Positions 27,883 to 37,469 are shown, counted from the stretch's first letter. The stretch is DNA of 64,000 nt from a virus (IMGVR_UViG_3300032334_002267:9310-73309), one strand, 5' to 3'. The notes: generated by a model not told the origin, from the sequence alone. Numbers and translations: made by a program.

Positions 27883-27929
27883 AAGGTTTCGAATTGTATT
27901 CGAAACCTTTGTTTTTTAGATAATATAAT
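27883..27929 (+). promoter_or_regulatory. 12-bp perfect inverted repeat overlapping the promoter GAAACCT-N15-TATAAT
   Basis: AAGGTTTCGAAT-TGT-ATTCGAAACCTT; GAAACCT 27902, TATAAT 27924. Confidence 0.55.
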
Positions 27930-27953
27930 AAAAAGGTAAATTAAAATAACTCA

Positions 27954-29510
27954 ATGAAACTAGAAGATTTAACACATGAACAAATTTCAGATCTCTCCGC
28001 GATTTACTGGAACAGAGATCTAAGCTGGGACGACAGAATGAAACAGCTAAGTCAATACCTAAACAAATCAGAAAGAACTGTACAGACCTGGATTTCCAAA
28101 CTCGGAATAACAGAAAAATCAATAACAGATTCACCTCAATATGCAGAGGCTAAGAAAAGAAAATTTGATAAGAAGAAGAAAAAATTTATTATAACTTGGG
28201 CTCAGAATGACACGCAAGTTCATGAAGACTTCGTTACCAACCTAGAAGCTTATGCTAAGCACATAGACGCATCTGTTCATGTCATAGCAGGAAGATATAA
28301 AAATCCCACATCAGTTTCAACTGACACCAGCTATGAGTCCTGGTCGGAAAGGATAGAACAGTATTTAGATGCTGGACGTCACGAAATACATAAGCACATG
28401 TGGATCATGTCAGATATTAAAATCCAACCTACTGCAGTGAATCCAATGACGGGTCTTGAAGGAATGAGTGGCGTTAATTCCTGTGTCTTCGGATCTCCTA
28501 AAGTTCAAATGGAAACAATCCCTGTTTTAGAAGGTAGTCTACCTAAGTTAATGCTAACAACAGGAGCTTGTACTCTTAGAAATTACACAGACTCTAAAGC
28601 GGGTAAGAAAGGGGAATTCCATCACGTTCTTGGTTTTGTGGTTGTCGAAATAAAAGATTCCTCTGTTTTCTTTGTTAGACAGGTAACTGCAACAGACGAT
28701 GGAAGTTTCACAGATCTTTACAACAAGGTTCAAAATGGAAAGGTTACTAAAGTTAAAAAGTTGGCTGCTGCCATTCTTGGAGACTTGCACTATGGACAGC
28801 ACGACGAAAGAATTATAGACAAGACCCTTGAGATGCTTAAGGATCTAAAACCAGATCATCTGGTTCTTCATGATGTTTTCGATGGTCTTTCTATAAATCA
28901 TCACGAATCAAACGATCCGTTTATTCAATACAAAAGAGAGATGGACGGAACCAACTCTTTAAGAAACGAGGTTGATCAGATGCTTAACGGTCTTAAAGAT
29001 TTTGAAAAATATAATGTGGTTGTGGTTAGAAGTAATCACGATGACTTCTTAGACAGATGGCTGAAATCTACAGATTGGAGAAAAGCCGGAACACTAAAGA
29101 ATTCTTTAGAGTATATGGAATACAGCTCTCTACTTCTTAAGGGCGAAGCACCAAACGGAGTTATTCCATATCTGATCAATAAGAGATATCCTAAATTCAA
29201 AACTTTAGGAAGAAGTGACAGCTACGTTGTTAATGGCTGGGAGCTAGGACAGCATGGCGATATTGGATCGAATGGAACTAGAGGATCTCTTTTGCAATTC
29301 AGAAAGCTGAACACCAAGATAGTTGTTGGCCACTATCACTCACCAGGAAGAAAGGATGGAGCTTTAGCGGTTGGAACATCAACTAAGCTAAGAGTAAATT
29401 ACAACCTAGGTCCAAGTGGATGGCTTCATTCGCATATTATCATCCATGAAGATGCTAAGGCTCAGCATATCAATTTTATTAAAGGCGAATTTACAACTCT
29501 TAAACCCTAA
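27954..29510 (+). CDS. N-terminal HTH-like domain plus calcineurin-like metallophosphoesterase/nuclease
   Basis: SERTVQTWISKLG (HTH-like); GDLHYG, HDVFDG, SNHDDF, QHGD, GHYHSP. Confidence 0.8.
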   Translation: MKLEDLTHEQISDLSAIYWNRDLSWDDRMKQLSQYLNKSERTVQTWISKLGITEKSITDSPQYAEAKKRKFDKKKKKFIITWAQNDTQVHEDFVTNLEAYAKHIDASVHVIAGRYKNPTSVSTDTSYESWSERIEQYLDAGRHEIHKHMWIMSDIKIQPTAVNPMTGLEGMSGVNSCVFGSPKVQMETIPVLEGSLPKLMLTTGACTLRNYTDSKAGKKGEFHHVLGFVVVEIKDSSVFFVRQVTATDDGSFTDLYNKVQNGKVTKVKKLAAAILGDLHYGQHDERIIDKTLEMLKDLKPDHLVLHDVFDGLSINHHESNDPFIQYKREMDGTNSLRNEVDQMLNGLKDFEKYNVVVVRSNHDDFLDRWLKSTDWRKAGTLKNSLEYMEYSSLLLKGEAPNGVIPYLINKRYPKFKTLGRSDSYVVNGWELGQHGDIGSNGTRGSLLQFRKLNTKIVVGHYHSPGRKDGALAVGTSTKLRVNYNLGPSGWLHSHIIIHEDAKAQHINFIKGEFTTLKP

Positions 29511-30088
29511 TGATAGATCTTAGTAAATATAAAGCAATAGCAGGGGTTGACGAAGTAGGCCGTGGGGGTCTCAGTGGCCCGGTAGTTTCTGCTTGTGTCA
29601 TTCTACCTGATGATTTTAGGGATTCTAGAATAAAGGATAGCAAGCTAATTAAAAGCATTAAGAAAAGAGAAGAGATAGAGAAGGTAATAAAAGAAAATGC
29701 TATCTCATGGGGCATAGGAGCAAGTTCTCCTCAGGAGATAGATCAATTTAATATTCTTCAGGCAACTTTTATCTCTATGAAAAGAGCCATAGACTCTTGC
29801 TCTACACAGCCTGATTTTCTCTATATCGACGGAGATAAATTTATAGGTCATAAGGAGATTCCTTACGAATGTGTAATCAAAGGGGATTCTAAAATCCTCT
29901 CAATTTCTGCGGCTTCCATACTGGCTAAAGTATATAGAGATAGACTTATGCAATCTATAGCAGCAGAATTTCCTCAATACCTTTGGGAGAAAAATATGGG
30001 TTATGGAACATCAGAACACATTAAATCAATAAGAGAAACAGGAATAACTAAACATCACAGAAAAAGCTTCTGTACAAATTTTATTTAA
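29510..30088 (+). CDS. rnhB: Ribonuclease HII
   Basis: GVDEVGRG, DSK, IDG, KGD..ILSISAASILAKVYRD, GYGT..H. Confidence 0.96.
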   Translation: MIDLSKYKAIAGVDEVGRGGLSGPVVSACVILPDDFRDSRIKDSKLIKSIKKREEIEKVIKENAISWGIGASSPQEIDQFNILQATFISMKRAIDSCSTQPDFLYIDGDKFIGHKEIPYECVIKGDSKILSISAASILAKVYRDRLMQSIAAEFPQYLWEKNMGYGTSEHIKSIRETGITKHHRKSFCTNFI

Positions 30089-30092
30089 ACAT

Positions 30093-30428
30093 ATGGAAAA
30101 CTTAAACAACGAGATTACAACACAGGAATTTGAACAAGGAATGGAAAACGACACGATGCCAATGCCTTCTATCGAGTCTAATTATCAAAAATTCAAACAA
30201 CCGGAATGGGTGTTTCAATTTGATGACGAGGAACCTACTGTTTTTGCTTGGTCAACGGACCCGGAAGAAAAAGCTCAGGTTAATCTACACCTAACTGGTG
30301 ACAGCCAATGCAATGTCATCTTCAAATCTGCTAACGGTAGACAGATGAGAATTTTTTCTAGAGAGATTACGGAGCCAACTTTAAAGATGCTAGCTCAAGA
30401 CGGAAACGTGGAAGTTGAAGAAAATTAA
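30093..30428 (+). CDS. Hypothetical protein
   Basis: 111-aa ORF. Confidence 0.7.
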   Translation: MENLNNEITTQEFEQGMENDTMPMPSIESNYQKFKQPEWVFQFDDEEPTVFAWSTDPEEKAQVNLHLTGDSQCNVIFKSANGRQMRIFSREITEPTLKMLAQDGNVEVEEN

Positions 30429-30461
30429 AAACCATTTGGTTATATACTCTTAAAAAACTAA

Positions 30462-30923
30462 ATGAAGTCCAATTATTCCTTCACTGCGGAGCTCATCTCC
30501 AATAAAAAATTCACGGAGTCCCAGCTAAATGACATAAAGAACGAGATAGAGACTCGGGAGGATTTAGCACAATTGCATTCGGTATTTCTACGCTATATAG
30601 AGATAAATTTTAGCGGACACATAGAAATATACGTTGAAGATTTTGGATTTGACATCGATCTTTCTTCAGACATAGAGATAATGGTTTCTGAGATAGATGG
30701 TATAATACCAGGGGGATGGTCAAACGATTCCAAAATTGAATTCTATATAGAATTCCCAGCAACAAACCTAGTCTGGTATAAAGAAGATATGAAGTGGAAT
30801 TTTACCTCTTCAAATTCACCTAAGAGTGATTTTTTTGCTAGCGATGGTTGGGAAGAACCAGAGAAAGATGATTTTTATCTATACGATTCACCAGATTACG
30901 ATGAAAGTGATAACGATTGGTAA
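30462..30923 (+). CDS. Acidic hypothetical protein
   Basis: 153-aa ORF. Confidence 0.7.
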   Translation: MKSNYSFTAELISNKKFTESQLNDIKNEIETREDLAQLHSVFLRYIEINFSGHIEIYVEDFGFDIDLSSDIEIMVSEIDGIIPGGWSNDSKIEFYIEFPATNLVWYKEDMKWNFTSSNSPKSDFFASDGWEEPEKDDFYLYDSPDYDESDNDW

Positions 30924-30957
30924 TTTGGATCAGATAGATGATTAATCATATATAAAA

Positions 30958-31038
30958 TATTGTATTGAAAGGTGCCTTTCGTACTTAGTGTCCCAGGTCA
31001 AAATGGCCTTAGAGTTGTTTGAAAGAGCAGCAATGGGA
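30958..31038 (+). ncRNA. Structured 5' leader: long-range pairing arm (30958-30984) plus a three-way junction (30991-31038)
   Basis: TCCCA/TGGGA closing stem, GGTCA-AAA-TGGCC hairpin, GTTGTTT-GAAA-GAGCAGC hairpin with GNRA loop. Confidence 0.55.
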
Positions 31039-31063
31039 TTTTAAAAAAAAGAAAAGGTAAAAA

Positions 31064-31885
31064 ATGAAAAACAAAAACACAGGGGTAAACAGTACCCCAC
31101 AAGCTTGGATAGCCGTATCCAACAACAGACAAAAAATCTACGGCGCAAAGAATGATCTAGTTTATCTAGACGCAGGACAAGAGTTTCAAATTGAACTCTA
31201 CAACCCAACTTCCACGTCCTATCTTGCAAAAATCTATCTGAACGACAAGTTGATTAGCACATCAGGTTTGGTTATTAAACCAGGTCAGAGATACTTCTTG
31301 GATCGCCATATAGATGAGCAAAGAAAACTTCTTTTTTCCACATATTCAGTGGATGACAACGAAGAGGTTAAGGAAGTAATCAAAAACAACGGTAAGTTAA
31401 AGGTTGAATTCTACCAGGAAAATACTCCTAACTGGAATTCAATATCAACTGGCACTGTAACCTGGACAAACCCAAATTACGTAACTCCTCCAATAGTCTG
31501 GGCGACCCACAATTCCTACATCACCAACACCGGAGGATTATCGGGGAATCTAGCAAATCTCAGCGGAGGTGCAACATTGAATGGCATTAATGCAACGTAC
31601 ACAACAAACTCTTTCGTTAACCCGTCGTTTAACAATTCATCCATCTCTAGTAATACCTTAGAGACAGGAAGAATAGAAAGAGGCGGAAACTCCAATCAAG
31701 ATTTCGGTAAAGACTATGGCAATTATTCTTTCTATTGTGCTTATAAATCAGAGTACCAAATACTTCCGAGGTCAGTTAAGCCTGTGGAGGTTACAGAGCT
31801 CAGAGAATACTGCACTGAATGCGGATCTAGAATCAAAAAGAAAACCTGGAAATTTTGTCCATCATGTGGGGAATCTCTAGGATAA
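31064..31885 (+). CDS. Hypothetical protein with beta-rich N-terminal domain and C-terminal zinc ribbon
   Basis: GQEFQIELYNPT, KPGQRYFL.R; YCTECG...WKFCPSCG. Confidence 0.85.
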   Translation: MKNKNTGVNSTPQAWIAVSNNRQKIYGAKNDLVYLDAGQEFQIELYNPTSTSYLAKIYLNDKLISTSGLVIKPGQRYFLDRHIDEQRKLLFSTYSVDDNEEVKEVIKNNGKLKVEFYQENTPNWNSISTGTVTWTNPNYVTPPIVWATHNSYITNTGGLSGNLANLSGGATLNGINATYTTNSFVNPSFNNSSISSNTLETGRIERGGNSNQDFGKDYGNYSFYCAYKSEYQILPRSVKPVEVTELREYCTECGSRIKKKTWKFCPSCGESLG

Positions 31886-31893
31886 TTTAATTT

Positions 31894-31919
31894 GTACGGG
31901 AGGCACCTTAAATACAATA
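31894..31919 (+). repeat. 3' arm complementary to 30958-30984
   Basis: GTACGGGAGGCACCTT-A-AATACAATA pairs with TATTGTATT-GA-AAGGTGCCTTTCGTAC (two G-U pairs). Confidence 0.8.
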
Positions 31920-31972
31920 CACCCCGAAATTAAATTCCAGATAGCCCATACAATATTTAAAAGATAGAAGTT

Positions 31973-33928
31973 TTGAAAGTAGTTTATATTACTCCCCATC
32001 TCTCGACTGGGGGAATGCCAGAGTATCTAAAAAACAAAATAGAAAAGATAAAGGACGATGTGGAGATATGGGTTCTTGAAAAAAATCACGAGAAAACATA
32101 TAACACAATCCGCAAAAGGATCGAATCTTTAATAGGACAAGATAGAATAATAACTTGGGGAGAGATGCCTCAGAAACTTCTACTTGATAAGATTACAGAA
32201 ATAGATCCTGATGTGATCCATTTCGAGGAGCCTTCAGAGGAGTTTGTGCCAGACTATCATCTTGATAAAATATATTCTGATGAGAGAAGATATAGCATTT
32301 TTGAAACGCTCCATGATTCTTCATACAACGCTAAGGAAAAGATTTATCTTCCTGATAAATTTATTATGGTTAGTCCTTGGCAGGTGAATATTCTATCAGA
32401 TCTTAAAGTTCCTAATGAAGTTATTGAACACCAGTTACCCGAGGGAAGATCTAGAGACACAAATAAATCTAGAGAACTCCTAGGTTTAGACCCGAGTAAA
32501 AAACACGTGGTCCAGATAGGAATATTTACTCCCAGAAAAAATCAGAAAGAAACTGCAGATTTAGCTAAAAATTTTCCTGATGTTCAATTTCATTTTATCG
32601 GAACATTAGCAGATAATTACAGATGGTATTGGGAGCCTATAGTTAGGAAACTTCCGGAGAATTGCAAGATCTGGGGAGAAAGAGATGATGTGGATCTTTT
32701 TTATCAGGCTGCAGACCTTGTAATATTTCCATCAATAGCTTTATTCAATGACAAAGAGACAAGTCCTCTAGTTATAAAGGAGGCTATCTCATGGGGAAGC
32801 CCATTGTTATTAAGAAACCTTCCTGTTTACGTTGACATGTATCAGGAATCAAAAAATATAAAATTTATGTCAGATAAAAGAGAAGAAAACATAGAGATAT
32901 TAAAAGAGCTTCTAAGCACAAGGGTAGAGGTAGCACAGGAGGATTTATTCAGAGCCAGCTTTAATCCAGATGACAATAAGATAAGCATAGAATACTCAGG
33001 AACCACCCCGATAGGAAATGTTTTCGTTTCTGTGAAAGATCGGGACTCTAATGCCTGCATATACGGTTTTAATGTTGAAGCAAATTCACAAGGATCCGGT
33101 TGGTGGTGTATACCAATTCCTAAACAACATTTCGACTTTATGGGGAACCCTAATTTTACTGGATTCAAAATAGAGTTCTATAAGGATAGAGTGGATTCTT
33201 CACCTATCTATACTCATATAATAGATCTCAAAAAAAGCATTAATAAAAAGAAGATAATTTCAAACGGATACATCAACTTTGATCCAGTGTTTGTAAACTA
33301 TACCCAATTTTTCGTTGATGGAATTTATAATAATTTCTTTGCAGGTTATAGAATAAATTCTGCTATAGATGTTGGTGCAAATGTTGGACTTTTCACAGAG
33401 TGGGTTTTAGATAGATTTGGATCTGATACTTTTGTATTAGGAGTTGAACCAAACTCTGTGGCTGCTAAAGCCTTTGTTGCTATGCATGGAGAAAGGACAA
33501 ATGTTAAGTTTTCAGAGGTAGCACTTTCTGACACATCGGGAGATGAAATAGAAATGTTAATCAATCCCGAAAACACTCTAATCTCAAGTATAGAGGGAAC
33601 AGGAAGTCAGTACACGGAAAAGCAAATAGTTAAAACAAAAACTCTAGCTGATCTTATGACTGAATATGGACTTGATGAGGTTGACCTTTTAAAGGTTGAT
33701 GTAGAGGGAGCCGAGTATCAGATATTTAGTTGCTTGTCTCCTGAGGATATTAGAAAAAGATTCAAACACCTTTTAATAGAATTCCATAACAATCAGGGAA
33801 GAGCATCTGAGTTGATTAAGAAAATAAGAAGTGCAGGATATAGTGTTGATTTAAGAGACGATGACACTAGATACAGCACAGATGAAAATAATGATAGAGG
33901 TACAATCTTCGCAACAAGAATAGACTAA
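31973..33928 (+). CDS. GT4 glycosyltransferase fused to an FkbM-family methyltransferase
   Basis: HLSTGGMP, RKNQ, ETSPLVIKEA; IDVGANVG, LLKVDVEGAEY; TTG start. Confidence 0.9.
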   Translation: MKVVYITPHLSTGGMPEYLKNKIEKIKDDVEIWVLEKNHEKTYNTIRKRIESLIGQDRIITWGEMPQKLLLDKITEIDPDVIHFEEPSEEFVPDYHLDKIYSDERRYSIFETLHDSSYNAKEKIYLPDKFIMVSPWQVNILSDLKVPNEVIEHQLPEGRSRDTNKSRELLGLDPSKKHVVQIGIFTPRKNQKETADLAKNFPDVQFHFIGTLADNYRWYWEPIVRKLPENCKIWGERDDVDLFYQAADLVIFPSIALFNDKETSPLVIKEAISWGSPLLLRNLPVYVDMYQESKNIKFMSDKREENIEILKELLSTRVEVAQEDLFRASFNPDDNKISIEYSGTTPIGNVFVSVKDRDSNACIYGFNVEANSQGSGWWCIPIPKQHFDFMGNPNFTGFKIEFYKDRVDSSPIYTHIIDLKKSINKKKIISNGYINFDPVFVNYTQFFVDGIYNNFFAGYRINSAIDVGANVGLFTEWVLDRFGSDTFVLGVEPNSVAAKAFVAMHGERTNVKFSEVALSDTSGDEIEMLINPENTLISSIEGTGSQYTEKQIVKTKTLADLMTEYGLDEVDLLKVDVEGAEYQIFSCLSPEDIRKRFKHLLIEFHNNQGRASELIKKIRSAGYSVDLRDDDTRYSTDENNDRGTIFATRID

Positions 33929-36279
33929 TGAGAATAGCACAAATAACACCAGGAGTTATACCGATCCCACCTAATGGCTGGGGAGCGGTCGAAAAGATAA
34001 TTTGGGAGTACACCAAGGTTCTAAGGAATCTCGGACATCACGTTGAAATCCTATACACCGACGATGTCAAAAAAGGTGAATGGGATATTGTCCATGTTCA
34101 TATGGCTAACCTAGCTCTAATCCTAAGGGACAGAGGTATTCCTTATATCTTTTCTCATCACGATCATCACGCATACCATTTCGGAAAGGATTCTGAAGTC
34201 TATAAGAAGAATAAAGAAGCAATTGAGGGATCAGTTCTCTCCTTTGTTCATGCAAAATATCTAGTTGAATATTTTGGATCCTTACCACAATTAAGGTATT
34301 TGGGGCATGGTGCTAACGTCGATGACTACGAGTTTGCAGATAGATCAAAGGAAGTTATATCAGGAGAAACCAGACTTCTGATGATGGCCAATAATGGGCT
34401 CGGTGGAAATGTTACATATGACCGAAAAGGATTTATCCCGGGAATAGAGGCAGCTAGAAAACTGAATCTCCCCATAACAATCATATGTCCAGAAAAGGGA
34501 AACAAGGAGCTTCTCTCTGCGGTTAGTCCATATGATAAGCTTCAAGTTCTCTATGATCTAAACTACGAGGACACTTTGACTGAAATGGAGAAATATCATA
34601 TATTTCTTAATCCGTCCATGCTAGAAGCTGGACATCCAAACTTAACCGTGACTGAGTCTATATGTAGGGGAATCCCTGTTGTTGGAACAGCAGAGTCACA
34701 GATTCCGGGACATAAAAGAGTGGAGCTTAGATCTGATTTAACTGTGGACCCAGTCGAGATTGCAGATTCAATCTCACACGTGATTGACAACTACTCCTCA
34801 TACGTTTTAGATTGCAAAGAGAACAGATCGCTTCTCTCATGGGAAGTTGTTGTTTCTCGAATGATGATGGATTATGTGAAATTCTCTAAAATCTCCCAAA
34901 GAGATTTAATACTTGAAGACTACTCTAGAAAATTTAAAAGAAATCCAAAAAAAGAAGAAAATGGATTCTATTATTGGTTTAGCGATAGCCCTTATTTTTA
35001 CAAGTCCTCCAAACCAAATAATCCATGGGACTGTGTGGTTTTCAAGGATTCAAGAACTGGATCAGTTTTAGGGTACTATGAAAACAATACAGATCGTAGA
35101 GGGTGGTATAGACAAAATGACATTCATAATAGATTTATAGATTGGGAGATTGTTTTAAAGAATAATTCCAAGGATGATGAGGTGATTAGCATGAATCTAG
35201 AGAACCAGCATGTACTGATAAAGAACGGAATGGACCAAAGCCTAGATAAGAGTAACCTAATCCAGAAATTTGTGGAGTCTACCGGCTGCATCCCAACAAT
35301 CTCGAGCTCAATCGGGGTGGAGTGCAGATTTCCCCATTTTAAACACACTCATGGGGACGATAAAAGATTCTATAGGATTCTGAACACTGACCAGATAGCT
35401 GACTATTTCTCAGATAGGGAAAAAATCGAGGAAAGAGTTCTAATAGTGTTGAAATCCAAGGCTTTGGGTGACACCATTGCATTCCTGCCCTATGCTAATG
35501 AATATGCCAGAAGAAGGGGAGTAAAGTGTGACGTTATTTGCAATTTTAAGCACCTTTTTAGCGGACTTTACGAAAACATAGAGATTATAGAGGCTACACC
35601 AAATTTAAGCGTCTATAGTGACGTAATAGGATGTAATTACGATTTTAATATGCCTCTACAGGAGGGATTTGCTTCCCAGCTGGGTGTTTTAGATGCCGGT
35701 AGAATCAGACCTCTCATAAGTCCCACAATAAAGGGCATACCTTTGGCCAAAAGATACGTCTGTTTCTCGATGCACAGCACTGCACAGGCAAAGCATTGGA
35801 ACAATAATAACTCATGGGAGAAATTATGTGAAGAGCTTAAAAAAGAGGATCTAATCCCCGTTTGTATAGACCGACATCCTTCATTTGGAGCGGAGGGCAA
35901 TTGGAATCCTGTCCCTGGCAACTGTCTTAATAAAACAGGCATGGAACTTCCGGATATGATAAATTGGATAGAACACTGCGAATTTTTCATAGGTCTATCC
36001 AGCGGTCTAACTTGGGTTGCACACGCACTTGGTAAGAGGTGCGTTATGATCTCCGGGGTAACTCCAAAAGAGAATGAGTTTACAGAGGACTGCATAAGAC
36101 TTCATAAAAATGATGTTTGTAACTCATGCTTTACCCAACCCAATAAGTACAAATTCGATCCGGGTGATTGGTTTTGGTGTCCAGAACACAAGGGAACGTC
36201 AAGACAATTTGAGTGCACCAAGAAGATATCAGCTAAACAGGTGATGGATGCAATAGAATCAGAGGGATGGCTAAAATAA
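33928..36279 (+). CDS. GT4 glycosyltransferase fused to an autotransporter O-heptosyltransferase-like (GT9/BAHT) domain
   Basis: GWGAVEKIIW, EAGHPNLT..E; ALGDTIA, FFIGLSSGLTWVAHALGK, CNSC...WCPEH....FECTK. Confidence 0.85.
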   Translation: MRIAQITPGVIPIPPNGWGAVEKIIWEYTKVLRNLGHHVEILYTDDVKKGEWDIVHVHMANLALILRDRGIPYIFSHHDHHAYHFGKDSEVYKKNKEAIEGSVLSFVHAKYLVEYFGSLPQLRYLGHGANVDDYEFADRSKEVISGETRLLMMANNGLGGNVTYDRKGFIPGIEAARKLNLPITIICPEKGNKELLSAVSPYDKLQVLYDLNYEDTLTEMEKYHIFLNPSMLEAGHPNLTVTESICRGIPVVGTAESQIPGHKRVELRSDLTVDPVEIADSISHVIDNYSSYVLDCKENRSLLSWEVVVSRMMMDYVKFSKISQRDLILEDYSRKFKRNPKKEENGFYYWFSDSPYFYKSSKPNNPWDCVVFKDSRTGSVLGYYENNTDRRGWYRQNDIHNRFIDWEIVLKNNSKDDEVISMNLENQHVLIKNGMDQSLDKSNLIQKFVESTGCIPTISSSIGVECRFPHFKHTHGDDKRFYRILNTDQIADYFSDREKIEERVLIVLKSKALGDTIAFLPYANEYARRRGVKCDVICNFKHLFSGLYENIEIIEATPNLSVYSDVIGCNYDFNMPLQEGFASQLGVLDAGRIRPLISPTIKGIPLAKRYVCFSMHSTAQAKHWNNNNSWEKLCEELKKEDLIPVCIDRHPSFGAEGNWNPVPGNCLNKTGMELPDMINWIEHCEFFIGLSSGLTWVAHALGKRCVMISGVTPKENEFTEDCIRLHKNDVCNSCFTQPNKYKFDPGDWFWCPEHKGTSRQFECTKKISAKQVMDAIESEGWLK

Positions 36280-36318
36280 AATAGTCATCAGGAGATAAAT
36301 AGAATTAAAAAAACGTTA

Positions 36319-36912
36319 ATGAAAAAATTAATATTATTGCTATTATTATCTCCGATCCTAGCATTCGGACAAAAGCTCAGAGAATCGGTTAAGATAAAAA
36401 CCCCGATATACGAGGTGGTATATAACGAAAAATTAGAGCAGCCAACTTGGATCCAGTACACAGTTGAATGTCCAAACGGGACAGCTTCTAGAGCAGGTAT
36501 GGACTTTTATACTAATGACTCTGTTAAAACATCCGATGCAGCTGACTATGTAAATAACGTCTATGACAAAGGACATCTAGCTCCCGCAGCGGATTTCAAT
36601 TGCACAAAGGAGATGCTATATCAGACGTTCAGTTACTTAAACTGCGCACTCCAAAATCAATACCTTAACAGGGGGGTGTGGAGAATGTTAGAGGAATATG
36701 AGAGAGAATTGGCAATCACTGACAAAGTTACTGTCACGATAGAAGTTATATTCGATAAGCACTCTATTAAATTACCAAGCGGGGCCACTGTCCCGACCTC
36801 TTTTAGAAAGACCATACATCTGGAAAAGCATAAGAAAGACCTTGTTTATCTTTTCCCAAATAAGGATCCGGAGCATCCCAAATATTCAGACTATGCAGCT
36901 GGAAAAAAATAG
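36319..36912 (+). CDS. Secreted DNA/RNA non-specific endonuclease (NucA-like)
   Basis: Signal peptide MKKLILLLLLSPILAFG; YDKGHLAPAAD, NCALQ...LNRGVW. Confidence 0.9.
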   Translation: MKKLILLLLLSPILAFGQKLRESVKIKTPIYEVVYNEKLEQPTWIQYTVECPNGTASRAGMDFYTNDSVKTSDAADYVNNVYDKGHLAPAADFNCTKEMLYQTFSYLNCALQNQYLNRGVWRMLEEYERELAITDKVTVTIEVIFDKHSIKLPSGATVPTSFRKTIHLEKHKKDLVYLFPNKDPEHPKYSDYAAGKK

Positions 36913-36930
36913 GGAATTAAATTTAAAAAC

Positions 36931-36938
36931 GATATATA
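36931..36938 (+). promoter_or_regulatory. GATATATA box (putative late promoter)
   Basis: Intergenic, upstream of the leader-bearing ORF 36960. Confidence 0.6.
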
Positions 36939-36959
36939 ACATAAAAATAAGCAATTATT

Positions 36960-37418
36960 ATGTCTAACAAAATAGTTTCATTTGAAGAGTTTTCTAAAAA
37001 ATCCCATGGATTAATGGGAGAAGATACAGTTTTACCTGTTGAAGACGGAGACGAAATGACAGGAGCATCATCAGACAAACACGGAGAGCAACATTATATG
37101 TTCTTCCAAAACCTAGCTTCAATTAAGCACTACATCGAGGAAATCCTCGTTTTAAACCCCGCTGAAATTGACGAACTTCTAAAAAACGGTCACGACTGGG
37201 CGTCTGATCACATTGCAACTTCTAAGGACGATATTCAGGAGGTTGCTGAGTGGCTAAGAAACGAATTAAGTTCTGAATCAGATCACGAAGAAACAGAGGA
37301 AAGGCCAGAAAACATAACTGTTGATGTTGAAGGTGATGACGATAAAGTAGAAGTTGAAGGCGGAGACGAAGAGGAAGAGGAAGAAGATAACAAAGAGGAA
37401 GAAGACGACGAGGAGTAA
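36960..37418 (+). CDS. Hypothetical protein with capsid-targeting-like leader and poly-acidic tail
   Basis: MSNKIVSFEEF; YMFFQNL, GHDWASDHI; ends EEEDDEE; GATATATA at 36931. Confidence 0.8.
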   Translation: MSNKIVSFEEFSKKSHGLMGEDTVLPVEDGDEMTGASSDKHGEQHYMFFQNLASIKHYIEEILVLNPAEIDELLKNGHDWASDHIATSKDDIQEVAEWLRNELSSESDHEETEERPENITVDVEGDDDKVEVEGGDEEEEEEDNKEEEDDEE

Positions 37419-37440
37419 TCTAAAACAAGCACTAATATAT

Positions 37441-37469
37441 AAAGACCGGATAATCCGGTCTTTTTTTTG
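37441..37469 (+). terminator. Intrinsic terminator
   Basis: AAAGACCGGA-TAA-TCCGGTCTTT plus T-run. Confidence 0.85.

Noticed and set aside
30991-31038. Hammerhead ribozyme or bulge-helix-bulge intron at the three-way junction/panhandle
   Set aside because: There is no CUGAnGA/GAAA-UH core at the junctions, and the panhandle has a 2x1 loop rather than a 3-4-3 BHB.
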